From Carcharhinus longimanus (taxonomy: Eukaryota), in assembly GCA_030264375.1 (NCBI GenBank), contig JASCQW010000109.1, positions 18,858,685 through 18,922,674 of the forward strand: 63,990 nucleotides of DNA. Direction: 5' to 3'. This document shows, in pieces, positions 21,388 through 34,793 of the stretch. The position numbers and the translations under genes are program-made. Position 1 is the stretch's first letter, and every line of letters starts with the position of its first letter. Under the pieces are notes generated by a model. That model saw only the letters and a list, made by a program, of their open reading frames with translations. It did no database searches and had not been told where the DNA came from.

Positions 21388-21690
21388 GAGGTGGCACAGT
21401 GGTTAGCATTGCTGCCTCACAGCACCAGGGACCTGTGTTCAATTCCAGCCTTGGGAGTTTGCACTTTCTCCCCATGTCTCTGTGAGTGCTCTAGTTTCCT
21501 CCCACAGTCCAAAGATGTGCAAGTTAGGTCAACTGGCCACACTAAATTGCCCAAGTGTCCCAAGGTGGATAAGTTCAGGTGATTAGCAGGGTAAATAGGT
21601 GGGGTTACGGGAATAGGGCCTGTATAGGATGTTCTGTCAGAGAGTCTGTCTCAATGGGCCAAACGGCTGCCTTCAGCACCGCAGAGATTC
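21388..21690 (+). mobile_element. HE1-like tRNA-derived SINE
   Basis: ggtggcacagtggttagcattgctgcctcacagcaccagggac head plus cccacagtccaaagatgtgc core. Confidence 0.75.
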
Positions 21691-24090
21691 TATAATGCTA
21701 TGCTTAAAGGTTACATCAGATATAATTTGACATTATTATGCTTTCCAACAATTGTGAAATGAATAATGAGATGATGGATGAATGTAAAAGGGAAGACAGC
21801 TTCATGTTTTGGGTGTCAGCTTCCCTGGATCTCAGACACTGCAGGGATTTTCCAGCTCTTCCCACCAGCAGGATCTTCAGGTCCTGCCAACGGTGAACCC
21901 TCACATGCCATGGGTTCTCTGGTGGTAGGACAGGCAATGCACTCGAAATACCATAGACGTGGGCGGGGGGCGGTAGGGGCGCGTTGGGGGACGTTGCTGG
22001 AAAACCTCACCTGAATTACCTCCGCTGCCAGAAAATCCCAACCTTTTTTACAAATGCCAATGCACCGTGTTTCCAGCGTTTTTTGTGTTTATTCCCAATT
22101 GTACTGTGAAATTTTGAAATTGCGATGTTTATTATCATTTTCTTGGTTTACTTCTAAAGATCTTTCTTTTATTTCAGTCAAACGCACCTGAGGGATCAGC
22201 AAGGGTTGGTGGCTTTGCCAACAACTATGATTTGGAAACACGCTGCACTTAACTGCACAATTCAATGGGAAGAATAGAAATATTTGATGATTTCTTGCAA
22301 CCTGTATTTCTGTCGTTTTGGAACATAAATGCATAGGAAAGGGTGGACCATTTAGCTCCTGAGCTATTCAATGACAGATTGGCTCAACTGAGATCTAACT
22401 CCACGTACCCATCTTTGTCCCTCACTTTATTGTGAAACAGATACACAGGCATTGATTGGTTAGCTCACCCTCTGCTTAGATATTTTTGGATCTCTTGTAA
22501 TCTTTTAACATAATTAAAGATAATCAGTGAATAGCTCATTTCTAAACTGTAAAATTACATGTAATTGTGTGGATTCCTTGTGCTCTCCTCATACTTACTC
22601 AAGGTTGTTTGCCTTGTTTCCCGAATCCCCTGTTTATTTCAAATTTTCATTGCTGAACGATGATTGTGTAGAAGCAGTCAAACAGGTGGTTACTGCACTG
22701 CTGAAAAACTATAGGGGGTGGCAAATTGAAACAGTTCCTATTACCAGGATTTGATTTTAGCAGGTAAGACTATCTGGGGGATTCATCAGGGGCTATGGAT
22801 CTTTATTTACAATGACAAGCCAGGCCTGAGAACTGTCTGGGATAAGCTGGTGTTGTTCAGCCTCTCCGTTAGAAACAGTCAGGTCCTGGAGTGTATTAAG
22901 CACAATACAGCCTGTGTTTGAAGGATACAATATATTGCCCACTGCTTGCTCTGTTTACAATAAAGTTTTTTTTTGACATGGAACAATGAATATTGATCTT
23001 GTATTTAATTTCTTCATTGCACAGAAGCAATTAAGTATAGGGGACTGAAGCTAATACTTGAGCTACATCCAGTTGTCCATTCACTGTGTTTTGGAGATGG
23101 ATGATGCATTGAAAAAAGTGTTTAAAATATAATTATGATTTAATCCCAATGATGGTGAATAATGCCACTCCTGCTTCAGTGAGAAATACTAATTCATACA
23201 TTACAGGCACATCCCTTCTAGTCCTTCAGCCTATTCCAACCCATGAATGGTTAAAATCAGTAAACAGTTAATGAAACTCTACAGGTCATTTTACCTGAGA
23301 AGATGTTTCCAACAGGGAAACAGGATCTGCAGTCATGGCTAATAGTAAATAATTCTACCCTAGAACTGAAAGTTTATACTGATTAGGAAACATATAAGAG
23401 ATTGAGGCTCTCTTCCCTCGATAAAAGTTGGGTGACTGACTTTTTTTTTAAGATTATGAAATATTTTGATAAGATAAATGTAGGTATGCTTTCACTTTAG
23501 AAAAAGAATTTAGGAGAAACCTCTTCCCAGAGACTGTTTGAATGCAAAATTCACTATCACTGTTGCGAGAAATATCACAGATGCATTTAAGGTGGAATTA
23601 GATGAACACGAGAAAGAAAAGGTAAGGAGAATGTTAATGGGGTCAGATGAAGCGAGTGCAATTGGGTAGAGTATAAACACCATCATAGACCTGTTAAACT
23701 CAGAATAGCTGTGGGTACATGAAAGAAAAGTTTCAATAAAATGTGATGGGAAATGTAAACGATGTTGGATCAAATCTAGAGAATGGATCTCTGATTAATG
23801 TAGAACTTTAATTATTAATCTTGTCTAATAGTTTAAGAAAAAAATGAGAATTAGTGCTTAAATCCAAATTTAATAAACTAGAAAATTAGTAATCAAATCA
23901 AAAAATTTGGACAGGCAACTTAGTTTTGTAATTATTATACTCAGCTTGAATATTAATTTAAACACTGAATTGCTATTTTGGGCTTCACTCTTGTAGTTAG
24001 TCAACTAAATATGACTCTCTCGCATATCATATCACTTAGAGTTTTATCTGTATAATTGTTATCCTGTAACATCCCATATTTTTATATTTT

Positions 24091-24410
24091 GGGTGGCACG
24101 GTAGCAGTGGTTAGCACAGCTCCAGGGTCCTGGGTTCAATTCCAGGTTTGGGCCACTGCCTGTGTGGAGTGTGCACATTCTCCTCGTGTCTGCATGGGTT
24201 TCCTCCAGGTATTCCAGTTTCCTCCCACAGTCCAAAGATGTGCAGGTTAGGTTGATTGGCCATGCAAAGAAATTGCCCCTTAGTGTCTAGGGATGCGTAG
24301 GTTAGAGGGATTAGTGGGTATAATATATAGGGATATGGGGGTAGGATTGTGTTCGGTGCAGACTTGATGGGCCGAAGGGCCTCTTTCTGCACTGTAGGGT
24401 TCTGATTCTA
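24091..24410 (+). mobile_element. HE1-like tRNA-derived SINE
   Basis: Same head and core; CR1-like tail gggccgaagggcctc..ctgtagg. Confidence 0.75.
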
Positions 24411-24789
24411 TGATCTGAATTGTTTAAATAAAGTGGAATTTCTCAGTAGGAGTGGACTTGATTTTGAAATGTCACAATTGAATTAAAAACATGAACCAAT
24501 TCTGTGAGCAATTCAGATTGAAATCACACAAGTAAAACCCAGCTATCTTCAGAACACTTCGCTCTAACTATATTGTTTTGCATGACTGATATTAGAATGA
24601 TCCCTTTTTTTATTTGTTTATGGGATGCAGGTATTACCCTTTGTGAGCTGCCTTCTTGAACCACGATGTGGAGATGTCGGCGTTGGGGTAAACACAATAA
24701 GAAGTGTCTCAACACCAGGTTAAAGTCCAACATTTCCAGACGGTGGTGTCCCCATGAGTTTGTTGTCCTTTTGCTTCTAGATAGAAACA

Positions 24790-26400
24790 TTGGAATTAGG
24801 AGCAGAAGAGGGTAAATTCAGCCCTTCGAGCCTGTTCCGTCATTCAATCAGATCATGGCTAATCTCTCACTGGTCTCAAATCCACCTCCCCACCTGTTCC
24901 CCACATATCTCTTTACATTTTATAATTAGATACATGTCTATCTCCCTCTTGAAACCATTCAACAATTCACTCTACTGCGTTCTGGGACAGCAAGCTCCAC
25001 AAATTCACCATCCTCTGCAAGTAGTTCCTCCTCATAGTTTTAAATCAACCGCGTTGCAACCTATAACTGTGATCTCATGTTCTAGATTGCCCCATAACAG
25101 GAAACATTTGGCCTACATTTATCAATCCTTTTAAAAATTTTATATACTTTGATCAGATCTGCTCTCATCCTTCTAAACTCTAGTGAGTACAAGCCAAAAT
25201 GTTCATTTCTGGAATCAATCTGGTGAACTTCCTTTGAACTGCCTCCAATGCCACCACATCCTTCCTAAGGAAATCAAAACTGGACACAATACCCCAGATG
25301 TGGTCTCACCAACATCCTATATAATTGCAACAAAACTTCTCTACTTTTATACTCCAGTCCTTATGCAACAAATCTCAACATCCCATTTTCCTTTTTTTAT
25401 TACATGCTGCACCCGCATACCAACTTTCTGCGCTCCACGAACATAGACATCAGATCCCTTAGCCCCGATGAAATTTGATCTGTTTTCCACTGTTATAATT
25501 TGTCGTTCTAATTTTTCCCACCAAACTTCACACTTATCTACACTTAACTCCATCTGCCAAATTTTGGCCCATTCTCCTGGGCTACCTATACCTGTCTGTA
25601 AAATCTTTATATCATCTTCACTGCCTGCTTTCCCATCTATTTTAATATCATCCATAAATTTTGCTATGTTGCACTCTGTCCCTGCTTGCAGATCATTTAT
25701 ACAGATTGTACACAGTTGAGATCCAAGGACTGATCCCTGCGGTGCCCCGCTAGTTACATTTCGCCAGCCAGAAAAGGACCCATTTTTCCCGACCCTCTGC
25801 TTTCTATCAGCAATCCTCAATCCAATCTAGTACTCTACACCCAATCCCCAGCAATCTCACCTCCTGGATCAGTCTTTTATGCGGCATCTTGTCAAATACC
25901 TTCTGGAAGTCTAGATATACCACATCCAAAAGCTCCACACTATGTTCCTTGCTGATTATATCTCAAAAGGAATCAAGCAAGTTTGTCATGCATGACTTTC
26001 CCTTCATAAAACCATGCTGATTATAGTGAATTGAGCTTTGACTTTCCAAATACTCTGTCCTCACCTCCTTAATAATTGATTCCAGCAACCTCCCAACTGC
26101 AGAGATCAAACTCACTGGCCCATAGATTCTTACTTTTTGCCTCTTTCCCTCCTTGATTAAGGGTGTCACATTAGCATATTTCCAATCCACCGGGACCTTA
26201 CCAGAATCCAACAAATCTTGAAATATCACTACCAAAGCATCCACCATCTCTGCTGCCACCTCCTTTAATGTCCTAGGGTGCCGGCCATTAGGTCTCAGAG
26301 ATTTATCTGCCTTTAATCCCATTAGTTTATTGAATACTTTGTCCCTAGTGATGGCTATTGTACCAAGTTGCTCCGCATTAACCATTGCTTGAAAAATCTT
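24790..26400 (-). mobile_element. Decayed CR1-type LINE RT region
   Basis: ORFs 25963-26403 (HPRTLKEVAAE..QHGFMKGKSCMTNLL) and 25347-25820 (SGAPQGSVLG..KFMDD). Confidence 0.85.
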
Positions 26401-26439
26401 CATTATTCTCTAGCGTGAAGAGGCAAATGTAGCAATCCT

Positions 26440-28230
26440 GAGTTTGTAAGGTCCTGCCTAAGAAGCCTTAGTGTTGTGTATCTTGTAGACAGTACACAAT
26501 GCTGTCACTGTGCATCAGTTGGTGAGGTAGTGAATGGGCTGCCAATCAAGCAGGCTGTTTTATCCTGAATGTTGTCACGATTCTTGAGTGTTGTTGGAGC
26601 AGCACTCATCCAGTCAAGTCGAGGATATTCCATCACGCACAGAGTCGTATAGGTTTACAGCATGGAAACAGGCCCTTCAGCCCAACTTGTCATGCCACCC
26701 TTTTTTTTAAAGCCCGTCAGCAAATCCCAATGACCTGCATTTGGCCCATATCTCTCTATACACATCTTACCCATGCAACTGTCTAAATGCTTTTTAAAAG
26801 ACAAAATTGTACTCAGCTCTACTACTACCTCTGGCAGCTTGTTCCAAACATTCACCACCCTCTGTGTGAAGAAACTGCCCCTCTGGACACTTTTGTATCT
26901 TTCACCTCTCACCTTAAATCTATGAGTCTTAGACTCCTCCACCTTTGGGGAAAGATATTGAATAGCTGATCTGTGCCTCTCATTATTTTATAGACCTCCA
27001 CAAGATCAACCCTCAGCCTCCTATGCTCCAGAGCAAAAAGTCCCAGCCTCTCCTTATAACTCAAACCGTCGAGTCCCGGTAGCATCCTGACTTCGGCATC
27101 ATAGATAGTGGGCACGCTTTGTGGAATTGGGCGAGTCACATACCACAGAACTCCTAGCTTCTGACCTGTTATTGTAATTACGGTATTAACATGGCTAGCC
27201 AAGTTTAGTGTCTGGTCAATGTTTACCTCAAAGATACTTTGTAGTGGAGATTCAGCAACAATAATACCATTGAATGAGAAGAAGCAATGTTTAAATTCTC
27301 CCTTGTTGGAGATGATCATTGCTTGACACTTGTGTGCAAATGTTCCTTGCCAATTATCAGCCCAAGTATCCGAGGAGTCACAAATGGTCATGAATATTGT
27401 GCAGTCATCAGCAAAGTTCCCCACTTCTGACCTTACAATGAAAGGAAAGTTGTTGATGAAGCAGCTAGAGATAGTTGGAAGAACTCCTGCAGCAATATCC
27501 TGGAACTGAGATGATTGACCTCCAACCACAAGTTTTCCTTTGTAGGTAGAATTCCAACCAAGAATTTTCCCCTGGATTTCCATTGACTCTAGTTTTGATA
27601 TCACACTTGGTCAAACGCTGCCTTCACATCAAAGGCAGTCACTCTCAACTCTGGAATTCAGCTGTACTGTCCCTTTTCAAACCAAGGCTGTGATAATGGT
27701 CAGGAGCTGAGTGGCCCTGGCAGAATCCAAACTGAGTTGTCAGTGTGCAATTGCTAAGCAAGGGTTAGTTGATAGCACTGTTGATGATCACATCACTATA
27801 TTGATGAGCAAAAATAGACTGTTGGAGCAGTCATTGATCAGGTTGGATTTGTCCTACTTTCTTGCACGTACAGGACATAACTGAGCAATTTTCCACATTG
27901 TTGGTTAGATTGTAACAATTTAGCAAAGGGTGCAGCAAATTCTGGAGCACGAGTTTCAGTACTGTTGGTGGAATAGTGTTACTAAACTTTGCAGTATTCA
28001 GTGCTTTCAGCTGTTTCTTCATATCACAGAGTGAATCAAATTGGCCAAAGACTGGCTTGTGATGCTGGGAACCTCCAGAGGAGGCCAAGACGGATCACCA
28101 CTTGACACTGTTGCAAATGCTTCAGTCTTATCGTTTGCATTGATGTGCAGGGCTCACCTACCATTAAGGATGAGTATTTGTGAAGCTGCAGCTGCCTCCT
28201 CCTTCAGTGAGTTTTTTAATTGTCCAGTGA
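26440..28230 (-). mobile_element. Decayed LINE RT (second family) with a CR1 3' fragment inserted at ~26655-27085
   Basis: ORF 26909-27604 is chimeric: RSEVGNFADDCTIF of one family fused to MLPGLDGLSYKERL of CR1. Confidence 0.7.
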
Positions 28231-29559
28231 CAATACCACTATGCCACAGCCTCGCAAATACTGGGACTAAAACAAACACTTCAAATGTACTTCACTGTCA
28301 CCCCTGTGCCGTGTAGAGTTGATAGAGCAGGATGAAGTTGAAAGCCTTATAAATGTCCAAGATACCATTTACCTTATATTAATTGGAGGTTTAAAATTGA
28401 AATGGTAAATTGATTTTTGGACATTCAGCATTGAATTAGCAAATAATCCAGACAATAGGGATAAGCGATTTTGCTGATCTTAGCCATGATGCAGAGGGAA
28501 ATTACAACGTTGGTGCTATTCAGGTTTGTGAACTTTAAACAAAGCTTGAGCACTGGTGATTTTAACTGATAGTGCACTGAGATGTTTCTGCTAATGTAAA
28601 ATTAGCAAAGCTCAATGAAGAATAAACATTTTAGAAATATTCAATTCACATTATTTGATAAAATTACTAGTGTGAAATTAGGTGTTTCTGGAAAACTAGT
28701 GATGGAAGAGAATGAATCTGGAGGTGAAATGAAATTTGAACTTAATAAGCAGGTGAAACATTCACATTTCCGAAAGATTCATGGAAGGCAAACTTGTGTG
28801 TTTTAGAGATAAAGGATGAAGCATTTATGAGACTTAATGATTTTGTGTGAATATAGGCAGAGAGTAATAACTTACGAGACTTCATATTCTTGCAATGCAA
28901 TAATTAGGGGACAGACTGACTGAAAAAGGACATTTACAAGACAGAGTTCTTGTCAGATAAAGATATGGTGAAGAACTTGAATTTATATAGCATTCCTCAC
29001 AAGGTGTCCCAAAGTGCTTCACTGTCAATTACTTTTAAAATGTAGTTACATTTGTAATGTTGGTAAATGCAGCAGCCAATTTGCTCACTGAGCTTACCAA
29101 CAGCAATAAAAATATTTTAATGATAGTGATTGAAAGATAAACATTGGTTAGAAGCACTCCTCTACTTTAAATTGCACTGTAGAATATTTTACACCCACGT
29201 AAAAAATGCATTCAAGCCATGGGTTTAACATCTCATCTGAAGATGGCACACTCCAACACGTGCAGCATTCAGGGTGCTGCGCTCAACTATAAGCTTAAAT
29301 ACTTCAAGTTGGACTTTTCATTGAGACAAGAATGCTGCTACTAAATCAACATTGATACTTGACAACTGGTGGTAGTGAAAAAGAGAACCAGCGGAAAATG
29401 AACGGATGCAGATTTGACAGAGCATAAATACAAAATTATGAAAACTAAATATATATAAAATGAAAAGGCTAAGGAGTTTCAACTGCCTAGAACACTTTAC
29501 AAACTCAGTTAGCAAAGCAAAACTTAATTTCACTCACCTGATGTACTGTGGTCTCCAGC

Positions 29560-30270
29560 TCAACTTGACAGATGGACGATAATGTGGAGAAGCATGAAGT
29601 TATCCATCTTGATAGAAAGGGAGGATTTTTTGTCATAATCAAGTTTTGACCAATAAATGTTGGTATCTAGGGATTCATGTGCCCAATTAATAAAGAAATG
29701 GTATGTTAGCTTTTCTTGCAAGGGGATTGGAGTATAACAGTAAGGTATTCAAACTTGATGTGCCATATTCAATTTGGTCTCTTTACCTAAGGAATGATCC
29801 ATTTGCCTTTGGGAATGAAATGATATCACTAGCTTGATATCTGGGATGAGAGGACAAATGAAGAGAGACTGAGTAAAATAGGCCTATATTCTCCAGAATA
29901 TAGACGAATTGAGAGGTGATCTCACTGAAATGTATAGAATGCTTTGAAGGTTTGACATGGGAGATGCAGAGGAGCAACTTCTCCTGGTCAGAGTCTGGAA
30001 CTAAAGGCCATGGTCTCAAGATCAGATCAGCCACTTAGGTTTGAGGTGAGGAGAAATTTCTTCATTCAAGAGTCTGTGATTCTTTGAAATTCTAACTCCC
30101 AGAGTGCTGTAGATGTTCAGTTGATTAGAATATTCAAAACGGAGATAAAATGAATTAGGATACAAAAGGAATCAAAGGATAGGGATGTAGGAAAATAGAG
30201 CTGAGGGAGTTCAGCCAATATCATACTGAGTGGCAGAGCAGGTTCATAGCATATTCCTGTTATTTCTTAT
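29560..30270 (+). mobile_element. Old CR1-type LINE 3' fragment
   Basis: Degenerate similarity to the other CR1 3' ends in the window. Confidence 0.55.
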
Positions 30271-31559
30271 GTAGATTTCAGAATTTCTTATCAATTCTTC
30301 TGGATTTGTTAGGCCTGAAGTGTTTGTGAGACCTTTTTCTATACATGGATGGAATATTAACCAGTTCCGGGGAGATGAATTCCCATAATTCTACAAATTA
30401 GATCCCTCCATTTGGGCACAAAGGTCTTACGATTAAAACATCCCTCACATATAATACCAACATAAAACACTACAGAATTTTAAGCAAGTTAATATGAGCA
30501 TAAATTTAGTTTCTGCTGTCTTTAGCAATTCTAAAACATTACACTGAAAGGCAACGTATGGAAAGAGTATGCTAAGTTTTCACTTGAACCTCTTCACTGT
30601 CGATAATTTAAAAAGCAGATTACTCTCAGGCTGTGGCTAAACACTTATTAAAAATGGATTTTGTGATAATCCCATTTTCAGCTGTAAAAGTTACATTCTA
30701 TTATGCTTGCAAATACACTAGTTCATGGAAGATTGTACTTTCACAATAATGCAAATGGGTTTGAATAGAAACTTCACTTTGAAAAACTAGCATAATTTAT
30801 ACNNNNNNNNNNNNNNNNNNNNNNNNNNNNNNNNNNNNNNNNNNNNNNNNNNNNNNNNNNNNNNNNNNNNNNNNNNNNNNNNNNNNNNNNNNNNNNNNNN
30901 NNCCAGATTTCCAACTGCAACCAAAGTAACTCTTAAACCCGCAATATTTCAAAAATTTAAGTAGTTCATTGATGCCTAGATCTTCACATGAATGAATGAG
31001 TTTATAGTGATGTTTTCTCTATTGCTCCCATCCTTTCATTTCCTGTGACTAGTTTAATATAATTTCTAATTTGCATTACTATTTATTAGCCAAGTCAATG
31101 TGGAAACTGGGACCGTGTCTGACATTTAATAATGGTACAAAAACCAGATAATCCATATTTCATAATGCAAGTTAAGAAAAGAATCTTGGCCAGGACTTGC
31201 GGAGAGTCCTAGCTCTTTTGCAATAATACCATTAATCTAAATAAATAGGTGGACAAGCTGCGCTGTAATGTCAATTCAATACTGATTGAAATGATAACCC
31301 ATATTACATGCTCAAATTCTGTAGTGGGACTTGAATTCACACATTACTTAACAGAGAGAAGACAGAACTGAACTGAAATATGAAGCAGCGACCATGGGTC
31401 TGTTTTGTTTTGGTTTTGAGATTTTCTGTTTGTACACAAATTAAATTGTCCTCCCAATTCTTGCTCGTCTGTCTGTCTCAATACTACAAGGTTTGTCACT
31501 CTTACATCTGCTAGGCAAAAAATAAATTAAGGAGTTGATTCTCCTAACGCCATCTGTCA

Positions 31560-34500
31560 CCAATAACAATATAAAAATTTTATTGTGTAGTGTTCAGGCA
31601 TAACAAGTTCTCCATTCCAGCCAATCTTCTCAACAGCACAATTTTAAACAAACAAAATAAACCAACAATTTCACATTTTGTCATTTAAAGCTTGTTTTCC
31701 AACTGATCCTGGACACATCAAGGTTGAAGAAAGTTTAAAAGCAAACATTTTTAAACAACACTGCAATCAAACATCAAATAAAAGGAAACCGGCCCACTTC
31801 ATTAACTATCCCATTTTTCAAATAACTAATCTATTCTCCAATTTACTGCATGTTGCAGTATTGTGTGTTTAGCTGTTCTCAGAAATGTCACACATCATTT
31901 GGGAGTCATGTATCACTCCCAAAGGGGAACAACTTGGCTTTCACATGCTGCTCAAGGACTGGAAATACTCCCCTACCCAGCCCAGGCATGTACTGCTGAT
32001 GGACAGACTAATTTAGCTGGTCAATTCTGGCCATATGTTTGGACGGCATGATCTACCAAGGCTTCTTTGTACAGCAGTGGGTTCATTACAGATCAAAATC
32101 AAGGAAAAATGTTTAAACAGTTTGAATACAAAACAATGTCTTTACTAAAGACCACAGATTTAAACAAGAAGCAAGAGTACATCACAGTTCTAATCGGCAA
32201 TGATTTTATATGTCTGAATACTTTAAATACCAACACCATCTCTCAGCAGTTTACTAAATACACGTGTAGATCAAATAAACAAGCAAGCTTGCTCTTAGAA
32301 ATGCAAAAGCAAGTTATGTGAGTTCAACTGCAGATGAAGACAAGGATCTGATTTAGACTCTGAGGCAAACTGAAAACAAGTCACTTCATATAAATTTAGG
32401 ACAGTAAGACAGAAACCTCAATGTTCTCAAATTTGATCTTTGACACCTTATCAGCAGCAAAACACAATAATCATAGCTTTTGCAATAATTCTGAGGGATA
32501 TTAGACTTTTAGTGCACCTCTGTTGTATGTTCCGCATAGGTTAAAATGTTTTAAAATATGTGCTTAAATTTTCTACACTTTCTAAATAAACAAGATAGTA
32601 TTTAGAAAATGTACAACCAACAGAAAAACAATGTCTGAGGCTTAATTAGTCCAATGGTGTCAAACTGTTATTTTGAGTTTTTTTGGTTCCCTTGGAATTT
32701 TCAATTTTTGTTATTAATGGCAAAGATATTTTGAATATCCTACAATACAATATGCAAGAATTTACAGTGACCTTTCCGAGTCCATGCACAACACTACTGA
32801 TGCATCAGTAACATGAGTATCTAAAACTCAGTTACAATTGCACAAGACTTTGGAAAATGTGACATCTGAAAACAACCAACAGAGTTCATACCTCTTAATT
32901 ATCCATTTGGCAAGTTCATACATTGAATGCAGCATACAATCCTGAGAAATAAATTTAGCAACATAACCCTCGCTTTTTCACTGCATGTCTGTCTTCGTGG
33001 GTTTTCACGCAGGTACAATTTTAATAGTTAAATTCTCTCAGGCAGTCACGTTGTACGAAGACTCCAAAGTCACTATGCACGTCAGACATTTTGCTGCAAT
33101 CTGTATGAATGTACTGAAGTACAAAGATCTCAAGAAACCAAATGGAATGCCCACACCAGAGTCTAGATAGCGCCCTGAAAGAATCTACTTCAGTCTACGA
33201 AACACAGTAATGGGGACTTCCAAAATACACATTTGTTTTATTGCATTCCAGATTTAGAATGTTGATTCATCCAGATTCGGTGAAGTTGCCACATATCACT
33301 TTAGGACTAGACAAGTTACCGGAAACTGCAACATCAGGTACAGTTTAAAATCATACATTAGAGATCTTAAAAAAAAGACTGTTCCACTATTCAATCACTG
33401 ACCAAACCTTCTACAATTATGGTTGTGATGCAGAAAACAGCTGTTACATTAACTGATTCATTGGTCCTAACGAAAACTGTGCATGACAGTAATCAGTAAA
33501 ACGAGCTAAATAAGATCTGGTATAAACAAAATTCATATGACCAAGAATGATATTTGTAAAACACTCTTAATTGCAGATTGAGAGTTTGCTAATAAATTAT
33601 AACTGCATGTTTACCTAACATTACACCAAGCATTGAATATGCTACTTCAGCATGCTTACAAAAGTAAAAATGGTAGAGTACTTACTGTACATAACCTTAT
33701 TTTCTGAAAAAAAATGAAAGTTCACAGAAAAATATGAATTACTGCTAATTCATGGGGAGGGATGGAGGCGAAACAACTTTAACAACGTTGCACGTTTTAA
33801 ATGTAGACCTCCCAGACATTTCTTTAGCTGATTTATATTGCAGGGTGATAATAATTCCTAAATTGTAGATGAAAATTCACTGAATGAATGTAGAAACAAC
33901 TATTTTAAGACAACAAATAGAATGTGCTGTATTTTCCAATGTTTATAGGTGTTAAAGGAAAACCCTCAAAACTTTGCTCATTTTGGGTTGAGATGGATGG
34001 ATGTCAGTGTTGGTCCAATATATCACAACCCAGATTACAAACTCCCTATTTATGGTTTTACAATTGAAAACATAACCAATACAACTCAAAATTCCAATTT
34101 AAACAAGCCAAGAAACAATGATGGATGAGATACTCTCATTTAACATTTCAATCATTCTCATTACATTTCTCAAAATGGATTTCTACCGAAAGAGTATTTT
34201 ACTTTTTTTCCATCACAGCCAGTTACATTGTTAACACTTATATTAGCTCAACAAAACATAACTAGCACTTCATCTCTTCACAAACCAATTCCAGATGTGT
34301 AACCAGAGACAAATACTGCATGTTGGATGTATTTGCTTCGATGTTTTTGTTACATTCAGATGTTAACAAATCAACCTTTTAAAAAAAGTTTGAAGCTTCA
34401 TATTGTTAGCACTGAAGGCATAATCACTGCTTTATAAAACATTAATGTAGGTAGTGGTGAGAAGCAGCTCATAGCAAGAGATCATATTGTGTTCAAGATT

Positions 34501-34793
34501 GAGACATTGGGACTTGGGTTTCACAGCTGGAGGGATATGTGGTTTGCTGCAATTGGAGTTACATTTTCTGACTAAAAAAAAAACAAACAGGAAAGCTGTG
34601 ACATATCAATGTTTCAAAACTCAAACTTTTGTATAATCCTAGGTTTTTCAACATTAGAGCACGATACTCAAGTAAACGTTTTCAGTTTATAAACTGCAAA
34701 AAAGACCACATCCATCTGGGTTGTCAGTTTGTGTTCAATGTTTTGGGTAATACTGGAATTATGTTTCTCATTGGTTGCCAGGTTCTTGTTCAG
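31560..34793 (-). other. Probable long 3' UTR of the MATR3-like gene with AATAAA at 31584-31579
   Basis: About 3.2 kb of AT-rich sequence with no recognisable LINE/SINE, running from the stop codon to a minus-strand AATAAA. Confidence 0.5.

Noticed and set aside
21388-21460. tRNA-like sequences
   Set aside because: These are heads of tRNA-derived SINEs, not tRNA genes.
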